A stretch of 49,929 nucleotides of DNA, taken from NCBI RefSeq assembly GCF_001194135.2, contig NC_068991.1, positions 31,961,430 to 32,011,358 on the forward strand. Reading direction: 5' to 3'. Position numbers and translations under genes: made by a program. Every line of letters starts with the position of its first letter. The stretch's first letter is position 1. Shown one piece after another: positions 1 through 10,623 of the stretch. Below the pieces are notes generated by a model, which made no database searches, was not told the origin of the DNA, and saw only the letters and a program-made list of their open reading frames with translations. The stretch comes from Octopus bimaculoides (lineage: Eukaryota).

Positions 1-15
1 ATATATATATATATA

Positions 16-500
16 AGAATAAGAATAGCCTGGGCAAAGTTCAGAGAGCTCTTACCTCTGCTGGTGACAAAGGGTCTCTCTCTCAGAGTAAAAGGCAGAC
101 TGTATGACGCATGTGTACGAACAGCTATGCTTCATGGCAGTGAATCATGGGCCGTGACTGCTGAAGACATGCGTAGGCTCGCAAGGAATGAATCCAGTAT
201 GCTCCGATGGATGAGTAATGTCAGTATGCATACTAGACAGAGTGTAAGTACCTTAAGAGAAAAGTTGAACTTAAGAAGCATCAGTTCTGGTGTGCAAGAG
301 AGACGATTGCACTGGTATGGTCATGTGGCGAGAATGGATGAGGATAGGTGTGTGAAAAAGTGCCACTCCCTAGCAGTTGAAGGAACCTGTGGAAGAGGTA
401 GGCCCAAGAAGACCTGAGATGAGGTGGTGAGGCACGACCTTCCAACAGTGGGCCTCACTGAGGCGATGACTTCTGACCGAGACCTTTGGAAATATGCTGT
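16..500 (+). mobile_element. RTE-clade LINE, ORF2 C-terminal fragment
   Basis: [47 protein letters not shown]...RLHWYGHVARM...GRGRPKKT, a typical RTE C-terminus. Confidence 0.9.
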
Positions 501-1249
501 GAACTGCACAACCAATTTCATTCAATTTTACACATGCCTTACTTAGTCTTAATGCGAGCCCAGAGCAATATCATGTCTCCTGCACTATTGCAGTATTACG
601 TGTCAAAAGTGAAACAATTACATCTCTCTATTGTAATGTCAGATATTTTCACTTTAATAATTTCACTGTAATACTGAAACTATTAAAGTGAAACTATTAT
701 TATACAGGCATACATATATACATACTTACATATATATTTATCTATACCTATTGTAAAACTGAGTTTGTGTGTGTGTGTTGCATCTATAGAAATCCATACC
801 TTACAAGATAGCAATCTGGGAGTCACACCATGGTCGAAAATGCCCGGAATCGGCCATTTGCTTGTTTTTTTGGTTGCTTCCTAACACGTGAATTTTTGCA
901 TTAAAAATAATTTTAAACCATAAATTCTAACAATTTTCAAGTTGCCACCATTTGCAAACATGAGTTAAGTCCCCTTCTAGCGATGGTGCAAAGAGAGAGA
1001 GCGAGAGAGATAACAGATTTTACTGCTCCGTTTATCCACAACTAATTTCCATATTTGCTGAATCCGTTGCTCTACTCATACCGACATATAGCTGGTCGTG
1101 CGTGAACATGGGAGACAGCAGTAGTTACCAGAGCAAAAATCCTCAGTGTTCACTGTACACACAGTCCTTCGCAAACAATCAGCTATTATTTTGTAAACAA
1201 TGTTACGAAACTTCATGTTTTTGAATTATATATATACACATATATATAT

Positions 1250-1662
1250 GCTTTCGGTGCAAATGGTTTTCTTGTACGATGCCGTATCTTACAATCCTGT
1301 AAATAATAATAATAATGGTATTTTTATATAACATTAAAGTTTATGGTGTTCACCGTGCAATGACTAAGCAAAATAGTCTAATAATGAGGCATATAAGCAC
1401 TCGACAGAAAAAAGGCTTTCCTATCCGTGTGTGCAGGTACCAAAATATTCATGTTAGCAAAGGGATGTGGGTTCGCGTCCCACGCAGATGGGAAAGCCTT
1501 CTTTTTTCTGTCGAGGGCTTATATGCTCCGTTAGTACACTATTTTCGTTAGTCATTGCACGGTGAACAGCATAAGCTTTAAGCTTTTATAAAAATACCAT
1601 TATTATTATTTACAGGATTGTAAAATACAACACCCTATAATAAAGCCGTTCGCACCGAAAGC
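1250..1662. mobile_element. Foldback MITE-like palindrome of about 413 bp flanked by (TA)n
   Basis: 1250-~1432 is the imperfect reverse complement of ~1482-1662 (for example gctttcggtgc / gcaccgaaagc and ttcaccgtgcaatgactaa / ttagtcattgcacggtgaa). Confidence 0.85.
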
Positions 1663-1689
1663 ATATATATATATATATATATATATATG

Positions 1690-1996
1690 CTTGCTATAGC
1701 CTCAGGATGAACAAAATCTGGAGTGGATTTCTTACTCGGAAACTGAAAGAGGACTGTCGTATATATGTGTATATTTGTATATGTGTGTGCCTGTATCTTG
1801 GGTTTGTACCCCCACCATTGCTTCACAACTCATGTTGCTGTGTGTACATTCCCATAACTTAGTGGTTTGGTAATAGCCACTGACACAATGAGTACTAGGC
1901 TTACAAAGAATAAATCCTGTGGTTGATTTCTTCAACCTACAGCGGTGCTCCACCATGGCCACAGTCACATGACAGAAACAAGTAAAGCAATAAAAT
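1690..1996 (+). mobile_element. SINE family A, 5'-truncated. Other copies at 5853-6198 (+), 23480-23830 (+), 23845-24046 (-), 36790-37140 (-), 41128-41440 (-) and 48230-48400 (-)
   Basis: Shared body gtgagtggattt..tagacagaaactgaaagaag, an internal (TG)n, and the tail ccagcatggccacagtc..atgactgaaacaagta. The 5853 and 23480 copies have a tRNA-like head. Confidence 0.8.
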
Positions 1997-2044
1997 CTAT
2001 GCCATTTTCATCCCGGGCAAGGCCGGGTATCTCTGCTAGTAATA

Positions 2045-2430
2045 GGTAGGTGGCACTCCGTCGATTACGATGTCGAGGGTTCCAGTTGATCCGATCAACG
2101 GAACAGCCTGCTCGTAAAATTAACGTGCAAGTGGCTGAGTTCTCCACAGACACGTGTACCCTTAACTTAGTTCTCGGGGATATTCAGCGTGACACAAATT
2201 GTGACAAGGCTGGCCCTTTAAAATACAGGTACGACAGAAACAGGAAGAAAGAGTGAGAGAAAGCTGTGTCGAAAGAGTACAGCAGGGTTCTCCAGTATCC
2301 CCTGCTGGAGCCTCGTGGAGCTTTATGGGTTTTTGCTCAATAAACACTCACAACGCCCGGTCTGGGAATCGAAACCGCGATCCTATGATTGCGAGTCCGC
2401 TGCCCTAACCACTGGGCCATTGCACCTCCA
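2045..2430 (-). mobile_element. Full-length tRNA-derived SINE (family B) with a 14-bp TSD
   Basis: On the - strand: A box tggcccagtgg and B box ggtttcgattcc. TSD ctctgctagtaata at 2031-2044 and 2431-2444. Homologous to 46309-46700. Confidence 0.92.
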
Positions 2431-2604
2431 CTCTGCTAGTAATATATATATATTATGTATGTATGTATGTATGTATGTATGTATATATATATATATATAT
2501 ACACNNNNNNNNNNNNNNNNNNNNNNNNNNNNNNNNNNNNNNNNNNNNNNNNNNNNNNNNNNNNNNNNNNNNNNNNNNNNNNNNNNNNNNNNNNNNNNNN
2601 NNNN

Positions 2605-2636
<32 letters not shown>

Positions 2637-2793
2637 ATGCAAGAGAGTTAGGGGTTGAGGATTCAACCCACTAAGGGATAGTATCTATCCAATATACTGC
2701 TGGGAGGGTACCCAATTATTGTTACACTAATGTTATATCAAGTGCAATAAGTGGGTGCGGGTAAAAGGAGGTTATTTTACCCTAAATTTATAA

Positions 2794-4106
2794 AGCAATA
2801 AGAAAATGGAGGAGAATATGCGGTATCCATCGACTTGCAGACAGTGCATTCCGTCTATATTAGTATATACACTCCATCTATATAAGTATATAGTGAAATG
2901 AAGGGATGTGTGCGTGTGTATGTATATGTGTATATATACATATATGTACGCGTATATATATAGATATAAATATATATATAGCACGCGCGCGCGCGCGTGT
3001 GTATGTATGCATGCGCGCCCTAACCCTCTTGACCGGTTGGTGTCTATCCAACTGCAGCTCAGCCTTGATAGTTTAAAACAATAGTTGTCCAATTAGATGA
3101 GAGGAATTAACTGTATAAATTACCCCTCCCGAAATAGCAGCAGAATCTCTAATACCCACTACTGGAATGACCTGATCTTCACCACAGGAAGAATAATGGA
3201 GTACCTCATAACAAAGTTCAAAAAGTTGGCATATTATTATTATTATTATTATTGTTGTTGTTGTTGTTGTTGTTGTTGCTGTTGCTGTTGCTGCTGCTGT
3301 TGTTATTATCATCATCATTATTATTATTATTACTATTAGAGTATCAATAACTCTTCTAGAAATAACTTCCACATAGACCCATCCACCACATACAGAATGC
3401 ACCCAACGAATTTTAACATATAAACAGCTTTCAAAACGCAACGAATATCGTTCATACCAGGGATCATGTATGTATGGGAATATTTGTGTATGCATATATG
3501 TATATTTCCCCCTCACATGTGGTGGCAGTGACTGTTGACGTACATCTGGACACATATATGTACTCATCTATCTATGCTTTTGTATCCATAGATATCTACT
3601 TATGGTTATATACGCAGGCACAGGCATGTGTATTGGAGTGTTTAAAACTATTTATATGGTCTTATATACTGTTTGTAGGCTTTTTATGTGCCTTATATTT
3701 TTATATTTTCATTTTTCATTTATTTAAAAAAAATTTTTACTTTATTTTTATTTTTTATTTTATATTTGTATTGAATTTTGTAAATCTCTGAAGAGGCCCA
3801 GCGAATCATGCATGTACCCCCATTACATCATTTTCATCTGCTAACTACTCTGGCGCACAGGTGCTATAGAGATAGAATGGGGCATGCCAATGCTAGGCTG
3901 AAACAGCTGTAAGTTTCTGTATATTCTCCAATTGGTAAATGTACTTTATATTTGTAACCTTAATTGTTAATATGACATGGTATGTCAAAAGGATCTGTAT
4001 ATTGTGGTTTTTGTCATTTTAGTTATAAAATAAACAAATTAATCAACGGAATACACTGTCTGCAAGTCGATGGATACCACATATTCTCCTCCATTTTCTT
4101 ATTGCT
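2794..4106 (+). mobile_element. Penelope-like remnant: hammerhead-bearing terminal repeat (~3780-4106) with an inverted partial copy of its 3' tail at 2794-2854
   Basis: 61-bp inverted repeat at 2794-2854 and 4046-4106 with 2 mismatches, plus a hammerhead-like fold at 3783-3916. No clear PLE ORF is seen between them. Confidence 0.55.
3783..3916 (+). ncRNA. Type-I hammerhead ribozyme-like motif with a long helix II
   Basis: CTGAAGA (3788-3794); helix II GGCCCAGC / GCTAGGCT; GAAA (3900-3903); palindromic helix III ACAGCTGT; GUA cleavage triplet (3909-3911); short helix I aatct / agttt with one mismatch. Confidence 0.65.
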
Positions 4107-4998
4107 GAGGTGGGTGCGCTGAAAGTGTAGCTGCTAGAATAAGAATAACCTGGGCAAAGTTCAGAGAGCTCTTACCTCTGCTGGCGACAAAGGGACTCTC
4201 ACTCAGGGTAAAAGGCAGACTGTATGACGCATGTGTACGAACAGCCATGTAATGTCAGTGTGCATACCCGACAGAGTAAGTATCTTGAGAGAAAAGCTGA
4301 ACATAAGAACATCAGTTGTGGTGTACAAGAGAGACGATTGCGCTGGTATGGACATGTGAGAATGGATGAGGATAGCTGCATGAAAAAGTGCCACACCCTA
4401 ACAGTTGAGGGGAGCCCGTGGAAGAGGTAGGCCNNNNNNNNNNNNNNNNNNNNNNNNNNNNNNNNNNNNNNNNNNNNNNNNNNNNNNNNNNNNNNNNNNN
4501 NNNNNNNNNNNNNNNNNNNNNNNNNNNNNNNNNNNNNNNNNNNNNNNNNNNNNNNNNNNNNNNNNNNNNNNNNNNNNNNNNNNNNNNNNNNNNNNNNNNN
4601 NNNNNNNNNNNNNNNNNNNNNNNNNNNNNNNNNNNNNNNNNNNNCCTGTGCCCAGCGTCGCCTTTCTGGCACTTGTGCCCGTGACATGTGTAAGGATTTT
4701 CAAGCGAGATCGCTGCCAGTGCCCCTGGACTGGCTCTTGTGTGGGTGGCACATAAAATACACCATTTTGAGCGTGGCCGTTGCCAGTACTGCCTGACTGG
4801 CCGGTGGCACGTAAAAGCACCTATTACACTCTCTGAGTGGTTGGCGTTAGGAAGGGCATCCAGCTGTAGAAACTCTGCCAAATTTAGATTGGAGCCTGGT
4901 GTTGGCATCCGGTTTCACCAGTCCTCAGTCAAATCGTCCAACCCATGCTAGCATGGAAAGCGGACGTTAAATGATGATGATGATGATGATGATGATGA
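4107..4998 (+). mobile_element. 5'-truncated RTE LINE (ORF2 C-terminus, gap, 3' UTR and (GAT)n tail)
   Basis: ESVAARIRITWAKFRELLPLL...RLRWYGHV before the gap. After it comes ...gtccaacccatgctagcatggaaagcggacgttaaatgatgatg. Confidence 0.88.
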
Positions 4999-5106
4999 TT
5001 ATATATATATATATATATATGGGAGAATTCACGAAAAAACACGACGAAGACAGGTGGTGTAAACAACAAATGGATGTATTAGTATAACGCTCAGGAATAG
5101 AGAAAG

Positions 5107-5144
5107 TTTTTAACGTTTCGTGCCTACGCTCTTCAACAGAAAGG
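5107..5144 (-). ncRNA. Minimal hammerhead-like motif with a variant core, in a probable PLE terminal repeat (~5020-5290)
   Basis: The - strand reads CCTTT CTGTTGA A GAGC-GTAG-GCAC GAAA CGT T AAAAA: palindromic ACGT helix III and TTT/AAA helix I. The core has A6U and helix II has one mismatch. Confidence 0.4.
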
Positions 5145-6014
5145 AACACAAAGAAATAAGGAGAGAGAAAAATATATATGTAGTGGTCAGCGATCTATCA
5201 TGGCGAATGCTGGACAGAAGGGTCACACAGGAGAGTTAAGAAGAAGGGGAGATAACAAAGTAGTAGTGATCCTAAAATGAAGGTGCGTGTGTGTGAGAGA
5301 ATGCTGGCGATCTTAACGTATGCATGTGTATATGTAGGTGTGAAGGTGTGAAAATGTGGGGATGGGAATTGGTCAGTGCTGGTGTGTGTTGTGTGATATG
5401 GTGTAGCATGGTGTGATGTAAGGGTGTTGGGAGGGGGAGGCGAAAGTGGGGAAAGCATGGGTGGGGTGTAGGGGTATGTGGGTAGGCAGAGGTTGGAGGT
5501 AGGTGGGTATGTAGCATGGAAAGCGGACGTTAAACGACAATGATGATGATGATGTATATATAGATATATAGATGTATATATATATGTACATGTGTATATA
5601 TATATATAGAGAGAGAGATTTATATGTATAGATGTATATGTATAGATATAGATGTATACATGTATATGTGTAGATGTATATATATATANNNNNNNNNNTA
5701 TATGTATAGATATAGATGTATACATGTATATGTGTAGATGTATATATATATATAGATGTACATGTAATATGTACGCACATATATATATATATATATAGAC
5801 ATATATACTCTCATACACACACACACACACACACATGCATACACAATACATAGGTGCAGGTGTGGCTGTGTGGTAAGAAACTTGGTTCCAAAACACATGG
5901 TCGTGGGTTCAGTCACACTGTGTGATGACTTGGCATGTGTCTTCTGCTATAACCTCAGACCAACCGATGCCTTGTGAGTGGATTTTGTAGACAGAAGCTG
6001 AAAGAAATCAATCG

Positions 6015-6049
<35 letters not shown>

Positions 6050-6286
6050 GTAAGTGTATATGTGTGTCTTTGTCTCTGTGTTTCTCCCTCATCACTGCTT
6101 CACAACTACTGTTCGTTTATTTACATCCCCATAACTTACTGGTTTGACAAGAAGAAACTGATAGAATAAGTACTAGGTTTATCAAAATAAAAAAAAGCAC
6201 TAGGCAATGTCTCATATTTTTGTTTGCCCACTCAGTTGTATCTATCAATCTATCTATTTGTGTGTGTGTGTGTATATATATATATA

Positions 6287-7563
6287 TCATCATCATCATC
6301 ATCATTTAACGTCCGCTTTCCATGCTAGCATGGGTTGGACGATTTGACTGAGGACTGGTGAAACCGGATGGCAACACCAGGCTCCAATCTAATTTGGCAG
6401 AGTTTCTACAGCTGGATGCCCTTCCTAACGCCAACCACTCAGATAGTGTAGTGGGTGCTTTTACGTGTCACCTGCACGAAAACGGCCACGCTCGAAATGG
6501 TGTCTTTTATGTGCCACCCGCACAAGAGCCAGTCCAGGGGCACTGGCAACGATCTCGCTTGAAAACCCTACAAAGGCCAGTCAGGCGGTACTGGCAACGG
6601 TCNNNNNNNNNNNNNNNNNNNNNNNNNNNNNNNNNNNNNNNNNNNNNNNNNNNNNNNNNNNNNNNNNNNNNNNNNNNNNNNNNNNNNNNNNNNNNNNNNN
6701 NNNNNNNNNNNNNNNNNNNNNNNNNNNNNNNNNNNNNNNNNNNNNNNNNNNNNNNNNNNNNNNNNNNNNNNNNNNNNNNNNNNNNNNNNNNNNNNNNNNN
6801 NNNNNNNNNNNNNNNNNNNNNNNNNNNNNNNNNNNNNNNNNNNNNNNNNNNNNNNNNNNNNNNNNNNNNNNNNNNNNNNNNNNNNNNNNNNNNNNNNNNN
6901 NNNNNNNNNNNNNNNNNNNNNNNNNNNNNNNNNNNNNNNNNNNNNNNNNNNNNNNNNNNNNNNNNNNNNNNNNNNNNNNNNNNNNNNNNNNNNNNNNNNN
7001 NNNNNNNNNNNNNNNNNNNNNNNNNNNNNNNNNNNNNNNNNNNNNNNNNNNNNNNNNNNNNNNNNNNNNNNNNNNNNNNNNNNNNNNNNNNNNNNNNNNN
7101 NNNNNNNNNNNNNNNNNNNNNNNNNNNNNNNNNNNNNNNNNNNNNNNNNNNNNNNNNNNNNNNNNNNNNNNNNNNNNNNNNNNNNNNNNNNNNNNNNNNN
7201 NNNNNNNNNNNNNNNNNNNNNNNNNNNGAAGCTATCGACTACCACTAGTTTTTCTCCCTGGAATGAGATAGAAGTTGTTTCCTGTTTGTTTACAGAGTTT
7301 ATTGCACCTGAACATCTGCCACATACAAAAACTAACTTTGTAGTTAATCTGCCTCTGATATTGCTGCACCTTTTATGTGTCCATAGCTTGCACCAGGTAC
7401 ATCTTATAGAGTTACTACCTACTCCTTTTCTGCATACTGAGCAGGGCCATCTACCTGAAGGGGTTTGTGTTTTATCTACCTTCCTACTTGTTAGGATTTT
7501 GGTTTTTGCTAGGTTGACTCTAAGGCCCTTCGATTCTAGTCCTTCCTTCCACACCTGACACAT
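6287..7563 (-). mobile_element. RTE LINE copy: post-RT ORF2 with a PHD-type finger, a gap, then a young 3' tail
   Basis: WKEGLESKGLRVNLAKTK...WPCSVC...CTWCKLWTHKRC...CGRC at 7563-7230. The tail at 6287-6602 matches the other RTE 3' ends. Confidence 0.88.
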
Positions 7564-7590
7564 ACATCTATGTATATGTGCATATTCATA

Positions 7591-7990
7591 TCTATTATAT
7601 AAAAGTCAATGTTTATGTGTGTTCGTGTGTTACTTATACTATACATTCAAAAACTACTGCACCGATCCTAATGAAATTTGGAACACAAAATCCAAGCCTA
7701 GGGAGAAGGGTAATGCTGTGTGTTTCATACAATTTCATGGACCAAAATTACTGAATGGATCCTTATGATATTTGGAACTTAGATTCAATGCATAAGGGTG
7801 GGTATAATGCAATATGTTTAGTTTGAATTTGAGATGGCTTAAAGAGGGCAGAACCCCCATGAAAATTCATAAATTTTCGAAGTTGATGAAATTTCAACCA
7901 TGGGTAATTGACACACATCAAGAAGTATTCTCAAAGTTTTCACTCCAATGAAGAACTGTGTACACACATGCATCAGCCTGCAGCCTGCCA
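7591..7990 (+). mobile_element. Possible Helitron-type non-autonomous element (5' head)
   Basis: A|TCTATTATATAAAAG...gtgtgt...actactgcaccgatcctaatgaaatttgg resembles the head at 31950. The 3' CTAG end is not clearly seen. Confidence 0.4.
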
Positions 7991-8171
7991 ACTCATAGCT
8001 ACCCATCACATTCCCTGGTACAGATATGTCCTCTGCCTCTGATTAGATCATCTTACCAGGACCTTATTCCCACTTGATGTAGCAACTGCAGGCTGGAAGA
8101 GGCCTCATAGCAGGTCCCACACCAGATAGCTGGATGTGATTAAGGAAGATCTCCAGAGGCTCGGCATCATC

Positions 8172-9140
8172 TTGGGTTGGCCAAAAAGTCTGTTCAGAAG
8201 AAAGGCAAGAGAGTAGCAGAAACCTTCAAGATGATGCATGTATAGAGAGGATGCTGTTACAGTGTGTGTGTATGTGCCAGAAATGGTTTTCAAGATTTCA
8301 ATCAGGAAATCTTTCGGTCTTTGCTCTGGCTTGCCAGGTGAGATTAACAGTGATAAAATGGAATTAGTCGACACCAACTCCTGTTATATGACCAGGATGA
8401 TTGTAGATGTTCTCCAGATATCAAAATTGAGCATTGAAGATTATTTGCATCAACTTGGTTATGTCAGCAGGTTCAATATTTGAGTCTCACATCAATTGAT
8501 GGAAGAGAACATGACTTGAATGTCCATCTGCAGTTCATTGTAGATGTGTGAAGAAAACAACCTTTTTTGAAGAGAATGGTGACAGAGGACAAAAAGTGGA
8601 TCATCATCATCTATGACAATGTTAAGTGCAAACGATCAAGGGAGAAGTGTGGTGAATCACTACAAACAATCTCTAAAGCAAGATGGATGTGCACTGTGAC
8701 CAGCTGAACGAATTAAAATCTGCAATTCACAAGAAGCGTCCAGCACTTGCTAATTGTGAGGGCATTGTGTTTCATCACGTTAATGCCAGATTATATATTT
8801 CTTTATAGACACAGCAGAAGTTATTGGGGCTTGCTGAGAAGTTTTGCTGTATTTGCCTAACCTTGCATCTTCAGATTTCCACCTGTTTTGGTCTTTTCAA
8901 AAAACATTAAATGTACAGACCTACACCTCTGAAGAGGATATAAGAATTCATTTGGATGAGTTTTTCACCTGTAAAGACAGGAAATTCTTTGCACAGGGAA
9001 TAATTTGATCTGCCCACAAGATGGCAGAAAACAACAAAATGGTAATCATTTCATTGATTGAATAAAGTGCTTTGTGTTTAAAACTTGTCTTACTTTTGCT
9101 TGAAAAAAAAAAAGAATGGATTTTTTTGGCCAGACCATTA
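8172..9140 (+). mobile_element. Decayed mariner (DD34D-type) transposon
   Basis: TIR-like ends ttgggttggccaaaaagt and tttttggccagaccatta. Frameshifted remnants FLKRMVTEDKKWI, KKRPALANCEGIVFHH, PNLASSDFHLF and F..GI..LP.RWQK. Confidence 0.8.
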
Positions 9141-10575
9141 TGTGTGTGTTTTGAGTGTGTGTATGACAGGTTCCTGCACAATTTCTGTCTATCAAATTCC
9201 ACTCACAAAGCATTATTTAAAGCAAGACTACTATAGAAGAGTCTTAACAAAGGTGTAAGCTCTCTTAATAAACATGACCTTGTGGTAAGAGAGCTTACAT
9301 CTGTGGCTGGAGCTATTTTGGGTAGGTGCAACCATGCTGAATTGGTCCTTCCATATGTGAGCAAACTAACAAGCTGAAAATCCTGGGTCTGACCAGGATG
9401 TAAACCACTTTGTCTCATCCCTTTTTCAGGACAATATAGACAACAAATGACATCCTTGAGGGTCATTAAATACAGGGTTCATGAAAGTGGGTGGGTCATC
9501 CTTGAATTTCAGAAAGTCCACTCTGGAATATAGCTACGGTTAGAGCTATTCCCAAGTACTAAACTGACCACCTTTTTCCACAACGGTTACTGTTTTGAGC
9601 TGCTTACGTCTCACTGACCAAATGTAATAGCTGATTTAGATTACTGATTCTTTGGGATCTCGATTGTGGTCTCTTCAGGCCTCTTGTAGCTAACTTGGCT
9701 AGAGCTAGGCAGAATCCAGTGACTAGTTGCAGCAGTCCTGATTGGATGGCATTTAGAGAGTTATGATCAGCATACCTAGGGGAGTTGGTTGTTGAGATGA
9801 TGGATGCACCTCTGGGATGTGTGACACCATTCACATTAAAACCTACCGATACCAGCTACAACCACTTTGATTGGGACAGGGCCTCATCCTTGCACATTGC
9901 TAGATCAAGTGCATCTGTGGGACTGCGCATGTTGAAAATGAGGAAAGGGCATTTACCATTTGATCAAGTTGTCATTCAATGAGATTGAACCTATAATTAT
10001 GTGAATGTGAAATGAACTTAACAACACAACCATACAGTATGCCTAAGATCAAAAGTATTCCAACTATGGCCATCTAGTCTTTAACTAAGTTATAATGTAT
10101 TCAAGACTACATTATCCTGTATATATGAGGGTAGGGTGTATGATTTAAGGGAGATTAAGTTGCTATTTCTAGCAGATGGACTGACCACACAGGCTCCTAT
10201 TTTGGTTTGTACATTGAAGATAGGTTTGAACCTTTGGTCAGCTATTTGACTTTATTTATTCTTCTGCATTGTCAATCTTTCAGTCTGAAAGGAGGAGGAC
10301 ATGATTAGGCTGACTTGACCCGTGATATGCTGCAAGAAATTGATTGGGTGACTTATTGAGAGTTGTGGTAGAGGTATCAAGTGGGGGATAGACAACAATA
10401 GACCACAATATTTATAGCAGCCATTTTATTGTCCATGGACAAAACACCTAAATTTTCTTTATTCTTTCATATGTGAGAAATTTTCATTGTTTTTCTTTGA
10501 TATTCATATCTATAAAATTATTAGTATTATTGTTGTGGATGAAATATTGTTAGAGATTGCTGGTTTATTTCTTAG

Positions 10576-10623
10576 GTCGTGAAGAAAATGGTGATTATGA
10601 AGACAAGAAACAACCAAAACATA
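10576..10623 (+). CDS. MACROD: MACROD homologue, first detectable coding exon (48 nt, phase 1-1; [16 protein letters not shown])
   Basis: Acceptor tttcttag, donor gtaagt, no stop, and in phase with the next exon. It has no recognisable homology of its own. Confidence 0.6.

Larger units (their letters stand above)
500..2039 (+). mobile_element. Non-autonomous Helitron remnant with nested insertions
   Basis: 500-625 matches the interior of the Helitron at 32020-32180. The 3' end has the hairpin cccgggcaaggccggg (2012-2027) followed by CTAG (2036-2039) and T. Confidence 0.7.

Noticed and set aside
6346-6372. CTGAGGA...GAAA in the RTE 3' tail (ctgaggactggtgaaaccggat), which resembles a hammerhead
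   Set aside because: Only 5 nt separate the core elements so no helix II can form, there is no NUH triplet or helix I, and the motif is antisense to the LINE.
6358-7563. Long ORFs containing X runs (also 2315-2674, 4199-4908, 24492-24779, 31991-33121)
   Set aside because: They read through N-gaps (2505-2604, 4434-4644, 6603-7227, 24544-24726, 32333-32955) and are not real long ORFs.
9605-9682. Degenerate hammerhead-like motif on the - strand (CTGAAGA GACCA...TGGTC AGT GAGACGTA)
   Set aside because: GAAA is replaced by GAGA, three extra bases follow helix II, and helix I does not pair. At best it is a dead copy.
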